Positions 30,561 through 39,987 of a stretch of 64,000 nt of DNA are shown in pieces. Positions within the stretch are counted from its first letter, which is position 1, and every line of letters begins with the position of its first letter. Origin of the DNA: Nitrosopumilaceae archaeon (lineage in GTDB: Archaea > Thermoproteota > Nitrososphaeria > Nitrososphaerales > Nitrosopumilaceae); assembly GCA_965207375.1 (NCBI GenBank), contig OZ242274.1:96001-160000 (forward strand), given 5' to 3'. A program made the position numbers and the translations under genes. Under the pieces are notes generated by a model that searched no databases, was not told the DNA's origin, and was given only the letters and a program-made list of their open reading frames with translations.

Positions 30561-32532
30561 GTTCTCCCTCCAGGAAATAGCCGGGCTCAACTGTAGTAAC
30601 AGATTTTCTCTTATCACATGTAATCTTGTATGATCTGGTAACATATTTTGACATCATATCATATTCCTTTGGAGATATTTCTCTGTCAGTTGATAATAGT
30701 ACAATCTGATGTGATGCAAATGGATAAAACTTTTCAACAAGGTTTGTCAGATGTTGACCATCTAGTCTTCCAAGCGGAGTGTCAATTACAAATGGCAATG
30801 ATCTTCCACACATCCTTGCAATTGCCCAAAGCAGTGCAGTACCCACAATCTGTCGTTCCCCCATTGATAAAAAGTCACCAGGAATCTGATCCTCGTTGTT
30901 CTCAAATACCTTAACCTCAAACGTATCTCTGTCTATCTCTATCTTTCGTATTGATTCCTTGTGCAAAAGCATTCTTGCAGTATACAGCAGATTTGATTCA
31001 AGTTCTCTTATCTTTCTCTCTTTGAGAGCAGAATAGTACGTATCTAAGACATCTTGCATCTTAGATGCAAGCTGCATGCCTGTGGATGCCGTCTTGTTGT
31101 TGTATATCGAGGTCAGCATTGCTTTTAGCTTTCCCTGTAGTATTTTCCTGTATGATGACTTTGATGATATCTGTTGATCCAAGTGTGTTAGTTCTCCCTT
31201 GAGAATTCCCATCTCTTGGTGCATTTCATTGATTTCAGTTATGCGTGGTCCAAGCTCATCGTCTTTTGGAATCCTTGCAATATCTGATTCAACAGTTTCA
31301 GCCCTTTCCTGTATTTTTACAAGATTGGTAGATATCTGAACCATATCATCAGAACCTGCATCAATTCTTTTAATCATTTCAGAAAAATATTGTACATCAG
31401 CAGGTGACAGATCAAAGTGAACCTTATCTTTTCCTGAATTGCCAAGTTCCCTAAATGCCTCAAGCATCCGTTTGGTTGCAGCTGCTGCATTAACACCTGA
31501 TGGCCAAAACTGCGAGTCAGACATCATTTTTTCTAGTCCCTGTACAAACCCTGCATTCATGTTTGCCATCATACCATACATGGTCTTTGAATCGTTTTGG
31601 ATCTTGTCATGTATTTTGTGTAACATCGATGAAACTAGATAGAATGGAGCATCTCCGGATAATTCTTCCTGGAGCTGTTTTGTCTGTACACGTACCTTTT
31701 CTTCTAAAACTGCCTTTTGTGTCAGTAGATCGCCTCGCATGTCTGCATAACCTCCCCCGATTCCAGATATTGCAGATTCCTTTAGTGCTATCTTTTTTAC
31801 CATCTCATCAATCATAGATGTAATCTTTTCTCGTTCCTGATTCAGTTCTTTTACCTCATGTATTAGTTGGTTTTTTTCTTCTGTCAGTTTTTCATAATCT
31901 TTGAGTAATGTGTTGTTTTTGTTACCACTTTTTCTTAATACGTACAAATTCAAATCTGCACGTAATCTGTGCACTAGTTCGGCCCCTATCAACGTCTCAA
32001 GTGATGTCTTTATTTCACGGTTGTACTGTTCTTTGTTTTCTGTGACTCTGACTATCTTTTCACCATCAAAGAAAAAGAGCTTTGCAATTCCCAGAGGTAA
32101 TAATCCCTCAATAAATGTCTGCCATTGGGATTCGTCAATATCGCTCATAAGACGGTCATTTTTTGTAATTGAAAATGATTCTGTAGTTGTTCCTCCATTG
32201 ACAGTCCAGTTTCTGTTTATCACATACCTGTCTTCTGAACCTTTGTGATAAAACCTGAATGCGATCTCTACTGAGGCAGAATCCGCACGTTTTCGATTAG
32301 TTTTGTGTATTTTTTTATACATAAAATCAAGATATTCTTTTCTAGTCTTTTTGACTCCAAAGTACGTCTTGCCATAAAGTGCAATCATCATCGATTCTAG
32401 TATAGTAGTCTTTCCTGCTCCGTTGTGTCCTCCAACTAAAACTATGGGTTTTTTGACAGTGGATACCAGATCAAAGTCATTTTGTCCTGCATATACCCCG
32501 TAATTGTATACAGATAGGCGCTCAAGTAGCAT
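30544..32532 (-). CDS. dndD: DNA sulfur modification ATPase DndD
   Basis: GGHNGAGKTT, LFFFDGEKI, LSMGERQ, IDTPLGRLD, FYPFASHQIVLLSTDREI. Confidence 0.95.
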   Translation of the reverse strand: MLLERLSVYNYGVYAGQNDFDLVSTVKKPIVLVGGHNGAGKTTILESMMIALYGKTYFGVKKTRKEYLDFMYKKIHKTNRKRADSASVEIAFRFYHKGSEDRYVINRNWTVNGGTTTESFSITKNDRLMSDIDESQWQTFIEGLLPLGIAKLFFFDGEKIVRVTENKEQYNREIKTSLETLIGAELVHRLRADLNLYVLRKSGNKNNTLLKDYEKLTEEKNQLIHEVKELNQEREKITSMIDEMVKKIALKESAISGIGGGYADMRGDLLTQKAVLEEKVRVQTKQLQEELSGDAPFYLVSSMLHKIHDKIQNDSKTMYGMMANMNAGFVQGLEKMMSDSQFWPSGVNAAAATKRMLEAFRELGNSGKDKVHFDLSPADVQYFSEMIKRIDAGSDDMVQISTNLVKIQERAETVESDIARIPKDDELGPRITEINEMHQEMGILKGELTHLDQQISSKSSYRKILQGKLKAMLTSIYNNKTASTGMQLASKMQDVLDTYYSALKERKIRELESNLLYTARMLLHKESIRKIEIDRDTFEVKVFENNEDQIPGDFLSMGERQIVGTALLWAIARMCGRSLPFVIDTPLGRLDGQHLTNLVEKFYPFASHQIVLLSTDREISPKEYDMMSKYVTRSYKITCDKRKSVTTVEPGYFLEGELAQIR

Positions 32533-33950
32533 TATTCGTAAATCTCCTTTATCTTACGCTTTTTGTTCTCTGCATCTTTTACTGCTATTTCCATGTCATC
32601 CTTCCACTCTTCACCAAGTATTTTGGATATAGAGTCATGCACCTTTTGTCTGCGAGATATTCCCTGCATGTCAAACTCCACCTGTAATGCTCTTGCAACA
32701 AGCTCATAATGCACACCATGTTGGGCGCAGGCCTGTTCTAGTTCATGCTGTTCTATACCTCCAAATTCTCCCAAATCCTCTTTGCTTGGTGTAATGTCTT
32801 GACCCGTAACATCTTTGTAAATTGAATATGCAGAGTTTTTCCAGTCTCCCCTTTCTATTCTCCACAGACGTTGAATCTCATGAATTTCATCTTCATGAAT
32901 AAGTGCAAGTTCTGGATCAGGTCCGTTCTTGCGTACTGTATTTTGTGCCTCCAAAAGACTTTGAAATATATTCTTGCAAAAATCAAACTTGTATGGACCA
33001 TAAGTCACCCTGTCATTCCAAAATATGACGCGTCCGTTTCTGTGTTTTAATTCACGATACTGATTCTTTTTAGCCGGATCCTGTGTGTCTTTGAGCATCT
33101 GTCGTAACTCCAATAACGGCTCCATCCACTCCTCACCGTTGTCAATCATACTCTCCATAGACTTGTCATGTTCTACTACCGTGCACACCCAACATCCAAA
33201 CCTACTGTTTCCGCATGATGCAGTACTAGTATCAACTACAAGCGGACACTCTGAGGCATTTGCATCCTGATACATTGCAAGAAGATCTCGGTTGTTTTTA
33301 CCCCACGGATTGTCTACATTTTGCAAAAGATAGTTCCACACATCTTGGGTTGTAAAATCCCTCAATGGGACATAGATGAATGCCTGTGGGAGCATATTGT
33401 GGTGGGATAGCCTACTTCCCTTGATTCTGTGAGAGTTGATAACCTGGGCTCTTGTGCTACTTTCATCCCTTCTGCTTCCAAGTACCATCACGACCTCCCC
33501 GTGCTCAGATACCTTGTCTTCGATGAATTTGTTTGCACTTTTTATCTTGAGCCTATCAGTACACCATCTAAATGTGCTTGAAGGTGCAGGGTAGCCCTTG
33601 CCAATCATACATACCCAAAATGTATTGTCAAGTATTGGACGGACAAGATTGGTCTCAATTGGAAGTGATGATTTTTTTGCTGCAGATTCCATCTTTTCAA
33701 GGGATTCAGTCACAGTTTCCACTATCTTTGGAGACTCTACAAGGGTATCAGAGGATATTATGTAGATTTTTTTTGTCAGACTCGATTTTGGAAGTCTTTC
33801 CAAAGCGGCCCAAACAAGTTGTATCATGCATGTAGAGTCCTTGCCTCCGCTGAATCCAAGAATCCAAGGTCGACCGTCTTCAAGATACACCTCCTGTATC
33901 TCAGTATAGATATCATCTAGTTTTTTTGATTTAAAAACTGATTCTGTCAT
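32532..33950 (-). CDS. dndC: DNA phosphorothioation sulfurtransferase DndC
   Basis: PWILGFSGGKDS, GKGYPAP, RWCTDRLKI, ECPLVVD, CGNSRFGCWVCT. Confidence 0.96.
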   Translation of the reverse strand: MTESVFKSKKLDDIYTEIQEVYLEDGRPWILGFSGGKDSTCMIQLVWAALERLPKSSLTKKIYIISSDTLVESPKIVETVTESLEKMESAAKKSSLPIETNLVRPILDNTFWVCMIGKGYPAPSSTFRWCTDRLKIKSANKFIEDKVSEHGEVVMVLGSRRDESSTRAQVINSHRIKGSRLSHHNMLPQAFIYVPLRDFTTQDVWNYLLQNVDNPWGKNNRDLLAMYQDANASECPLVVDTSTASCGNSRFGCWVCTVVEHDKSMESMIDNGEEWMEPLLELRQMLKDTQDPAKKNQYRELKHRNGRVIFWNDRVTYGPYKFDFCKNIFQSLLEAQNTVRKNGPDPELALIHEDEIHEIQRLWRIERGDWKNSAYSIYKDVTGQDITPSKEDLGEFGGIEQHELEQACAQHGVHYELVARALQVEFDMQGISRRQKVHDSISKILGEEWKDDMEIAVKDAENKKRKIKEIYE

Positions 33951-34972
33951 ATTTTCTCACAGTGTTTTATTAGAATTTTTGCTGCTGCATTCATTCCTGC
34001 TTTGGTCTTTGTCATCTTGCCTCTAACTATTATTTTGCCGTCCCATTCCGGATTTGTTCTACTCCAGTCAACCTTTTGTAATCCTGACAGCATTCTTATC
34101 CATTTGTTTGGGAATTTTTTTATTAAGTAATTTCCTGCAATTGCAATTGCCTCAAGCATGTTTGTATTTGCATGAACAAAATCTTTGCGCAGTTCTGCAG
34201 GTGTTACCTTGTTGTTTGTAAGCAAAACCCATTCTGGAATGTTCTTGTACACAGCATTCCAAAAATTGATAACTGTTTCCTTTTCATGGTCTTTTAGATT
34301 TTTGTCCTTGCCAAGAATATTTTTTGTGGCAAGCTCCAATCCACTTAACGTAAAGAATTTGGTAGAGCGATTTGATATACTAGTTTTTTCCATTTCAATG
34401 CGATTACGAAACACCTTGACGTTTTTTGACATTTCAACCACAAACGTGGCAAAGTTATTGCGTCTATCATATAAAATTCCAAGTGATTTTGTTGGCTTTA
34501 CTGCATGCTTGTTGAGATCAGCAAACATCTGCTGGCTTTTTGCAAGCTTTAGATCCTCAAAAAATACTACAGAAATCTCATCTTGGCCTAATGCAGGATT
34601 CTCTGAGATGGCATCCTTTATGGCAGCAGCACGATGTTGTCCATCATTAATTAAAATTGAAGCATTCTGAGATATTGAAATAATTCCAAGATTACCTGTA
34701 TTCTTAGATGTTGATTCGAAATTTATTTTTCCATCTACAGATGCGGTAATCGATGAGAAGGTATAATCAAGTGGATTTGTAAGGATATAGTCACGTATTC
34801 TTGGGATACGGGATTTTCGCAGAGTTCTTTGGGCTCTTTGTTCTGCAGGAATGTCTGCATCTTTGAACGTAAATAGCTTGGCTACAGATTTTAATGTACA
34901 CATGGCAATGTAAAAGTCACTACCTGCCTGTCTTCCCCTTATTGCCTCAAAGGTATGAACATTAATTGCCAT
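33947..34972 (-). CDS. dndB: DNA sulfur modification protein DndB (DGQHR domain)
   Basis: AIRGRQAG, RAQRTL, INDGQHR, SQQMFADLN. Confidence 0.94.
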   Translation of the reverse strand: MAINVHTFEAIRGRQAGSDFYIAMCTLKSVAKLFTFKDADIPAEQRAQRTLRKSRIPRIRDYILTNPLDYTFSSITASVDGKINFESTSKNTGNLGIISISQNASILINDGQHRAAAIKDAISENPALGQDEISVVFFEDLKLAKSQQMFADLNKHAVKPTKSLGILYDRRNNFATFVVEMSKNVKVFRNRIEMEKTSISNRSTKFFTLSGLELATKNILGKDKNLKDHEKETVINFWNAVYKNIPEWVLLTNNKVTPAELRKDFVHANTNMLEAIAIAGNYLIKKFPNKWIRMLSGLQKVDWSRTNPEWDGKIIVRGKMTKTKAGMNAAAKILIKHCEKI

Positions 34973-35172
34973 GTTTTTGCTCCATTTTGTGCCTAAATTG
35001 GAAGTATATTTTTGAGTTAAAATTGTACATTTCTATAATTCAATAATCTACAATGTATATAACCTTAAGGCAGATACGGTGATAGAAAATTCAGATTATA
35101 TATACAAAAGAATCTATTTGCAATCAAAATGAGAAATAAATTCTAAATTTAGCACAATTTACACATTATGGA

Positions 35173-36132
35173 TCATTTCTCTGGGCTAAAAAATTGATTG
35201 CCATTGTATTCAGTTACACAGCTATCAAAAAGTAATCTGTATGCTTTTTTGTCATATGCAGAGTTTATGTCTTGTAGATAGTCTATAATTTCTTCATTTC
35301 TCTCTAGGACTTTATCAAATATTTTCTCATTTGGGAGCGTATCTGATTTGGTACAGTTGCATTGTTGACATGCTAATGTACAATTGTATGGATCAGTTGT
35401 AAACACGTAATTATACGGTATGACATGATCTACATGGGATTTTAATAGTTTTCCATCACAGTAAAAACATTTAGAATTCTGCCATTGACTCATTTTAATT
35501 CGTATTTCTGCATGTAGTGACTTTCTTTTGTTGTTTTCACTGTCGATTTTGTTTGAGATCTGAGGTGTCAATCGGTTTAATTTTTCAAGATATTTTGCCA
35601 AAACACCAGTCAATCCTTTTCTGAGTAAAATTTTGTGTTTATGCAAGAATTCAACAATGTCGTCATCAAGTACTATTGTTTTTGCATCAGTTTTTTTGTA
35701 CAGATCATTCATATCAGTTTTCAAATGCACTAAAACTTCGGGTTTAATACTGCGATTTATCACACTTGTTCTAAATTCCTGCATTGCATCTGATGCAAGT
35801 TCTTCGATTGTGGGTGGTTTTTTGTCAGGTTCATGTATTGCCTTTATCAATCTAGTAATATTTGCATCCTGTGGGTCTTGAGACTGTCTGAGACGAAAGC
35901 TATACTCCATATCCCAGTAATACTTTGCAAATCTGACTGCGATAAAATTTAGATTAACATGGATCTTATCATCCTCACGTTTTATCCATTGTTGGCCAAT
36001 CAGATCTTTTTTTGAATCATGTAGATTTCCTATATCCAAAAGTGCTCGTAAAAATACAGGTTTGTACGTACTAGACATTCTATTTGCATTGTTGAAGAAT
36101 CGATTAAACATCTGAATATAGTCTTTTGACAT
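35173..36132 (-). CDS. HNH endonuclease with SBD-like N-terminal domain
   Basis: STYKPVFLRALLDIG; CFYC, HVDHVIP, N...ACQQCNCTKSD. Confidence 0.82.
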   Translation of the reverse strand: MSKDYIQMFNRFFNNANRMSSTYKPVFLRALLDIGNLHDSKKDLIGQQWIKREDDKIHVNLNFIAVRFAKYYWDMEYSFRLRQSQDPQDANITRLIKAIHEPDKKPPTIEELASDAMQEFRTSVINRSIKPEVLVHLKTDMNDLYKKTDAKTIVLDDDIVEFLHKHKILLRKGLTGVLAKYLEKLNRLTPQISNKIDSENNKRKSLHAEIRIKMSQWQNSKCFYCDGKLLKSHVDHVIPYNYVFTTDPYNCTLACQQCNCTKSDTLPNEKIFDKVLERNEEIIDYLQDINSAYDKKAYRLLFDSCVTEYNGNQFFSPEK

Positions 36133-36227
36133 TATAATGAAACATAGGTTGTACTGTAATAATATATTTTCATCAAGAGTTTATTTGTCAAGTTATGATG
36201 ACTCGTTGCTATCAACATCTATGAATT

Positions 36228-37139
36228 CTATGGGATTTTTTCCAATAGATACACATCAACCTCTGGCACAGTAACTGTACTTCCCAAAATCGTATCATAG
36301 TCTTTGAGACCAGTAAAGAGTCCCCAGATTCTGACCCTGTCAGGATCTTGGACGAACGGATCATGCTTTTTCTCAATGTCTTGTACCCACAAAATCTGCT
36401 CGTCTGTATCCGGACTAAAGTTTGACCATACAGAATTTGTAACAAACAGCTCATTAGAGACCTCAACCCGTAACATGTACGAATTGAAATTGTCCATCAC
36501 CTGTACGATATTTCCCTCGTATTGTATTATCTCGCCCTGGTACCTCTGACTTTCTGCCAAAAGCGAGTCATATGGAACTACAAGTGCATTTTGTCGTATC
36601 TGCTCGTCTGTCATCTCAGTTACTGACACCTTTGTATCCTCAAAGGACTCGTGTACAATTCCAAGTATGCCTACAAGCATCAAAATAGGCAGTATTGAAA
36701 GCAGCGCCCCAAGTATTAGCGTCTTGCGAGCCCGCGGTGGGTCCTGTTTTCTCAGACACAGATAAGATATTGCACCTCCCACTATGGAAAAAAATACAGG
36801 CAAAAGATACCACGCAGCACTTGACTGACGTGGCTGGTTGATAATTACAATATTTTTTTCTAAAACATCATCAGATGGAGACACAGATGGAACATCTTTT
36901 GGTTTTTCTTTGATATCTTCTGATACCCTTGTAGTTTCATTATAATTTTTCGTATCTTGATGCACGGAATTCTCAACAAGACGTTGCTTTAGACCTGCAA
37001 GATATTTCTCATCAGAGTTGTACAGTTGCCTGTCCTGTTTTAACATAGTTTTCATGTGGTATAATCGTCCCTCATCACCTATACCTAGATGTAACAGTGC
37101 ATCAATATCGGCAATTTTTTCAGAATCCAAACTGTTCAA
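36228..37139 (-). CDS. Membrane protein with a possible extracellular OB-fold-like domain
   Basis: GDEGRL N-terminal domain, WYLLP TM hairpin, C-terminal G.IIQYEG.IVQV. Confidence 0.7.
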   Translation of the reverse strand: MNSLDSEKIADIDALLHLGIGDEGRLYHMKTMLKQDRQLYNSDEKYLAGLKQRLVENSVHQDTKNYNETTRVSEDIKEKPKDVPSVSPSDDVLEKNIVIINQPRQSSAAWYLLPVFFSIVGGAISYLCLRKQDPPRARKTLILGALLSILPILMLVGILGIVHESFEDTKVSVTEMTDEQIRQNALVVPYDSLLAESQRYQGEIIQYEGNIVQVMDNFNSYMLRVEVSNELFVTNSVWSNFSPDTDEQILWVQDIEKKHDPFVQDPDRVRIWGLFTGLKDYDTILGSTVTVPEVDVYLLEKIP

Positions 37140-37153
37140 CAGTTTACAGTTTG

Positions 37154-38347
37154 TTATTTAAAGTATTGATCAACTAGTTCCACGCATGAAATGTCATCAT
37201 CAAGTGAATCTAGCAACAGTACTGTCTCGTTGTGCTTTTTGGTATTGGATGCAAGTAAATCCTGATTAGCTTCTTGTTCCTTTAGTTGCTGTCGTGCAAG
37301 AACAATCTCGTGTAAATCCTTTTTGACAGACTCTATATTTACCAGTATTTCTTGGCCTTGCTGTGTCAGAATATCAGGTGCAGTCACGTCAGGTATTGTG
37401 TATCCGCGATTATCAAATGTAGATATAGTATCTACGTCAAAGAATTCTCCTGAATACATCAGATGGTCCTCCTCATCAATGTGTCGTAGTCCCAAATAGT
37501 GTCCCATCTCGTGTGCAATTATATATTTTAGTGACTGCATGCTATACTGCTGATACTGGGAATGACAGTCATCATTTCCCAGCCGTATTACAATGAAATG
37601 ATTATCGGCACCATTAGATTCTACATCATGTACAGTGTGTAGTCCAAGGCCGCCTGAAGGCATCCAGCGCCTCCATTCTATGTGTACGTTACCATCAGAT
37701 TCTACCAACTCAAACTCTACAAATGAATTAGAGGATTTCCATGCAGATATCGCCTCCTCTAGTGCCAAAATAACTATACCAGAGTCAACATACTCGGGAA
37801 TAGAATCATGAGACACGGTATGAATTTCAGATTCACGCATTGAGATGGCCTCTGGTTTGCCAGGTGCAACGACATCCTCAGATACATCTACATCCTCAGA
37901 TTCATCTGAGATGGCTTGATTTTGAATTGTAGATACTACATCTTCATCAAAAAGTGAATCATCAACCCTGTCTGCATCATACATGGCACCTGCAGCCACC
38001 AGCCCCACAAACACCACAAGCGTTACAATGCCCAGCAGTAGCGTATTTCGCGCAAGCTTGGGATCAACATGGCGCAGACCCACATATGCAATCAGACCTC
38101 CCAAGAGTGAAAGAAACAACGGAAGTAGATACCATGCACGGCTTGATCTCTTTTTTGAAACAGATGCATCAAACTGTTTTAGCTCACCAACACGCCCAAA
38201 GGTATCATAAACATAGTCAATGTCATCCTGATTTACATCATTATACAAGATTCTGTTTCGTATTCTGACTAGTCTGGCAAGATCACCCATCTCAAGCCTT
38301 TCTAGTGCCTTTATCATGTTTAGAATGTCACTGGATTTTTTATCCAT
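37154..38347 (-). CDS. Membrane-anchored metzincin (matrixin-like) metalloprotease
   Basis: HEMGHYLGLRH plus Met-turn LMY; N-terminal TM block paralogous to 36228-37139. Confidence 0.82.
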   Translation of the reverse strand: MDKKSSDILNMIKALERLEMGDLARLVRIRNRILYNDVNQDDIDYVYDTFGRVGELKQFDASVSKKRSSRAWYLLPLFLSLLGGLIAYVGLRHVDPKLARNTLLLGIVTLVVFVGLVAAGAMYDADRVDDSLFDEDVVSTIQNQAISDESEDVDVSEDVVAPGKPEAISMRESEIHTVSHDSIPEYVDSGIVILALEEAISAWKSSNSFVEFELVESDGNVHIEWRRWMPSGGLGLHTVHDVESNGADNHFIVIRLGNDDCHSQYQQYSMQSLKYIIAHEMGHYLGLRHIDEEDHLMYSGEFFDVDTISTFDNRGYTIPDVTAPDILTQQGQEILVNIESVKKDLHEIVLARQQLKEQEANQDLLASNTKKHNETVLLLDSLDDDISCVELVDQYFK

Positions 38348-38585
38348 GATACATCACAGATTTCTTGATTATTTCAGCATTATTACAATAACTAGATGTC
38401 AATGACAGATGTCAATTAAGATGCCTAGCAATGACATTGATAAAATAATGACTACATTGACTTTGAATATATCGTATGTGTATTTTTCACCTAGTGAACA
38501 AGTACGAACTGTCCTAAATGTGGGTTTACCACCTATACCCTTTCAGACCGGATAAGCCATGCTAAATCATGTAATGAGAATAACT

Positions 38586-38643
38586 AACTGTATGTTATCA
38601 AGCCGAGATCTTAATTTTTTATTTTTTTAAAATTTGTTGATTA
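38586..38643. repeat. 58-bp direct repeat, copy 1 (downstream of a secreted-protein gene)
   Basis: Matches 39921-39978 with two mismatches. Confidence 0.85.
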
Positions 38644-39480
38644 TCTTTGAGGCCATAATGCCTTAATCTCATCAGGAACATCAAAAACTGTTATAGTTCC
38701 GTTAAACTGTGGATATTCCTTGATTTTCCATGTATAAACGCCTGCATCAAGAGCATACCATTTCTCATATTGTAATCTGTCAAACCCATCTGCCTTTACC
38801 CTCTTACCATCCTCATCCTTTACTATGAAAGTAAGATGTGATTTATTATGGTTTAGAAATTCAGGCTCATTTTCCTGTCCGTCATACATGTAATCTTCAT
38901 ATTCAATTTCCAAATTTGACTGTCTATGATCAAGTTTAGGAATCCATAATTCAGTGTTTTGAGATGTGGCAATACATGGTTCTGTTGAGTTGTTAAATGT
39001 CCAACCCTCATACCATTGACATTGGTTACCAACGCTAACTGATATGTAATAGTGAATATCTCGTAGATTGTTGTTATCTAACCATTCGTTTCTTGCAGTC
39101 TCGTATTTTTTATGTTCGTAATATGACAACACATCACCCCAACGGTTATGGTGATCCTCAAAGCGTGTATCATTCATGAATTTCTTCATTAATTCCATCT
39201 CTACCATCTCTGGTTTCATGTCTCCAATTGCATCCCTTTTGGCATCAAGTTTGGCTTTTAACTCATCAATCTTATTTTCTAATCTGTCAATCTTCATGTG
39301 TTTACGTTTAAGATTCTCCTTAGTCTCAAGATATGCCTCTTTTTGCTCTTCTGGAGACATGGCATCATATTCTGCAGTCCACTTTACAATTAACTCATCT
39401 ATACCTTCAATGGCTGCATAGGCACTTGAAGTTATTCCAATTGCTAGAACTGCGATAATGGTAAAATGTAAAGTCTTCAC
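38641..39480 (-). CDS. Secreted coiled-coil protein
   Basis: Signal peptide MKTLHFTIIAVL...AYA; heptad region; beta-rich C-terminus. Confidence 0.72.
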   Translation of the reverse strand: MKTLHFTIIAVLAIGITSSAYAAIEGIDELIVKWTAEYDAMSPEEQKEAYLETKENLKRKHMKIDRLENKIDELKAKLDAKRDAIGDMKPEMVEMELMKKFMNDTRFEDHHNRWGDVLSYYEHKKYETARNEWLDNNNLRDIHYYISVSVGNQCQWYEGWTFNNSTEPCIATSQNTELWIPKLDHRQSNLEIEYEDYMYDGQENEPEFLNHNKSHLTFIVKDEDGKRVKADGFDRLQYEKWYALDAGVYTWKIKEYPQFNGTITVFDVPDEIKALWPQR

Positions 39481-39558
39481 TGGTGTTTAGACTGAATTGA
39501 GAGTAATTAAATCAATCTGCCTGGTTCTTAATTATTTTCATCAGATGATTTTATATCT

Positions 39559-39864
39559 TCACCTGTGGCTTTTTTCATATTTTGGCCACTCATCTAGTTT
39601 TTCATCCTTCAAGTTTACATATTTCAAACAGTTCAATAATTCGTACCTTGTTTTTTCATTATCGCCATTCTCTTCCTTTAACAACCGATCAACCTTGCAT
39701 GCAATTTCCCAGAGAACGCATTTTTTTTCATTCAAGTTTACACATTTCAAATGGTTCGATAAATCGGCTCTTACCTGTTCCCTATCTGGATTATCTTTAT
39801 TCAAATAATCATTTGCCTTACGTGCAATTTCCCAGAGAACGCTATCAGGGTCGTCTTTCTCCAT
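39559..39864 (-). CDS. Small protein with a 41-aa internal tandem repeat
   Basis: VLWEIA.K...L......LN.LK.VNL repeated; 123-bp DNA period. Confidence 0.6.
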   Translation of the reverse strand: MEKDDPDSVLWEIARKANDYLNKDNPDREQVRADLSNHLKCVNLNEKKCVLWEIACKVDRLLKEENGDNEKTRYELLNCLKYVNLKDEKLDEWPKYEKSHR

Positions 39865-39920
39865 TATTACATTAGAATTGCAACACGTGTTTAAAGCTGG
39901 CGATCAGCTAAAGACCGTCA

Positions 39921-39978
39921 AACTGCATGTTATCAAGCCGAGATCTTGATTTTTTATTTTTTTAAAATTTGTTGATTA
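39921..39978. repeat. 58-bp direct repeat, copy 2
   Basis: Contains the ATCAAG-N7-CTTGAT hairpin and a T/A tract. Confidence 0.85.
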
Positions 39979-39987
39979 GAAGTTAGG

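Noticed and set aside
30561-30644. Long N-terminal extension of DndE
   Set aside because: It overlaps dndD extensively; TTG at 30560 has a GGAG ribosome site and gives a normal DndE size.
38586-39978. CRISPR array or integron attC sites
   Set aside because: Only two 58-bp copies about 1.3 kb apart; no spacer periodicity, cas genes or integron integrase signature seen in the window.
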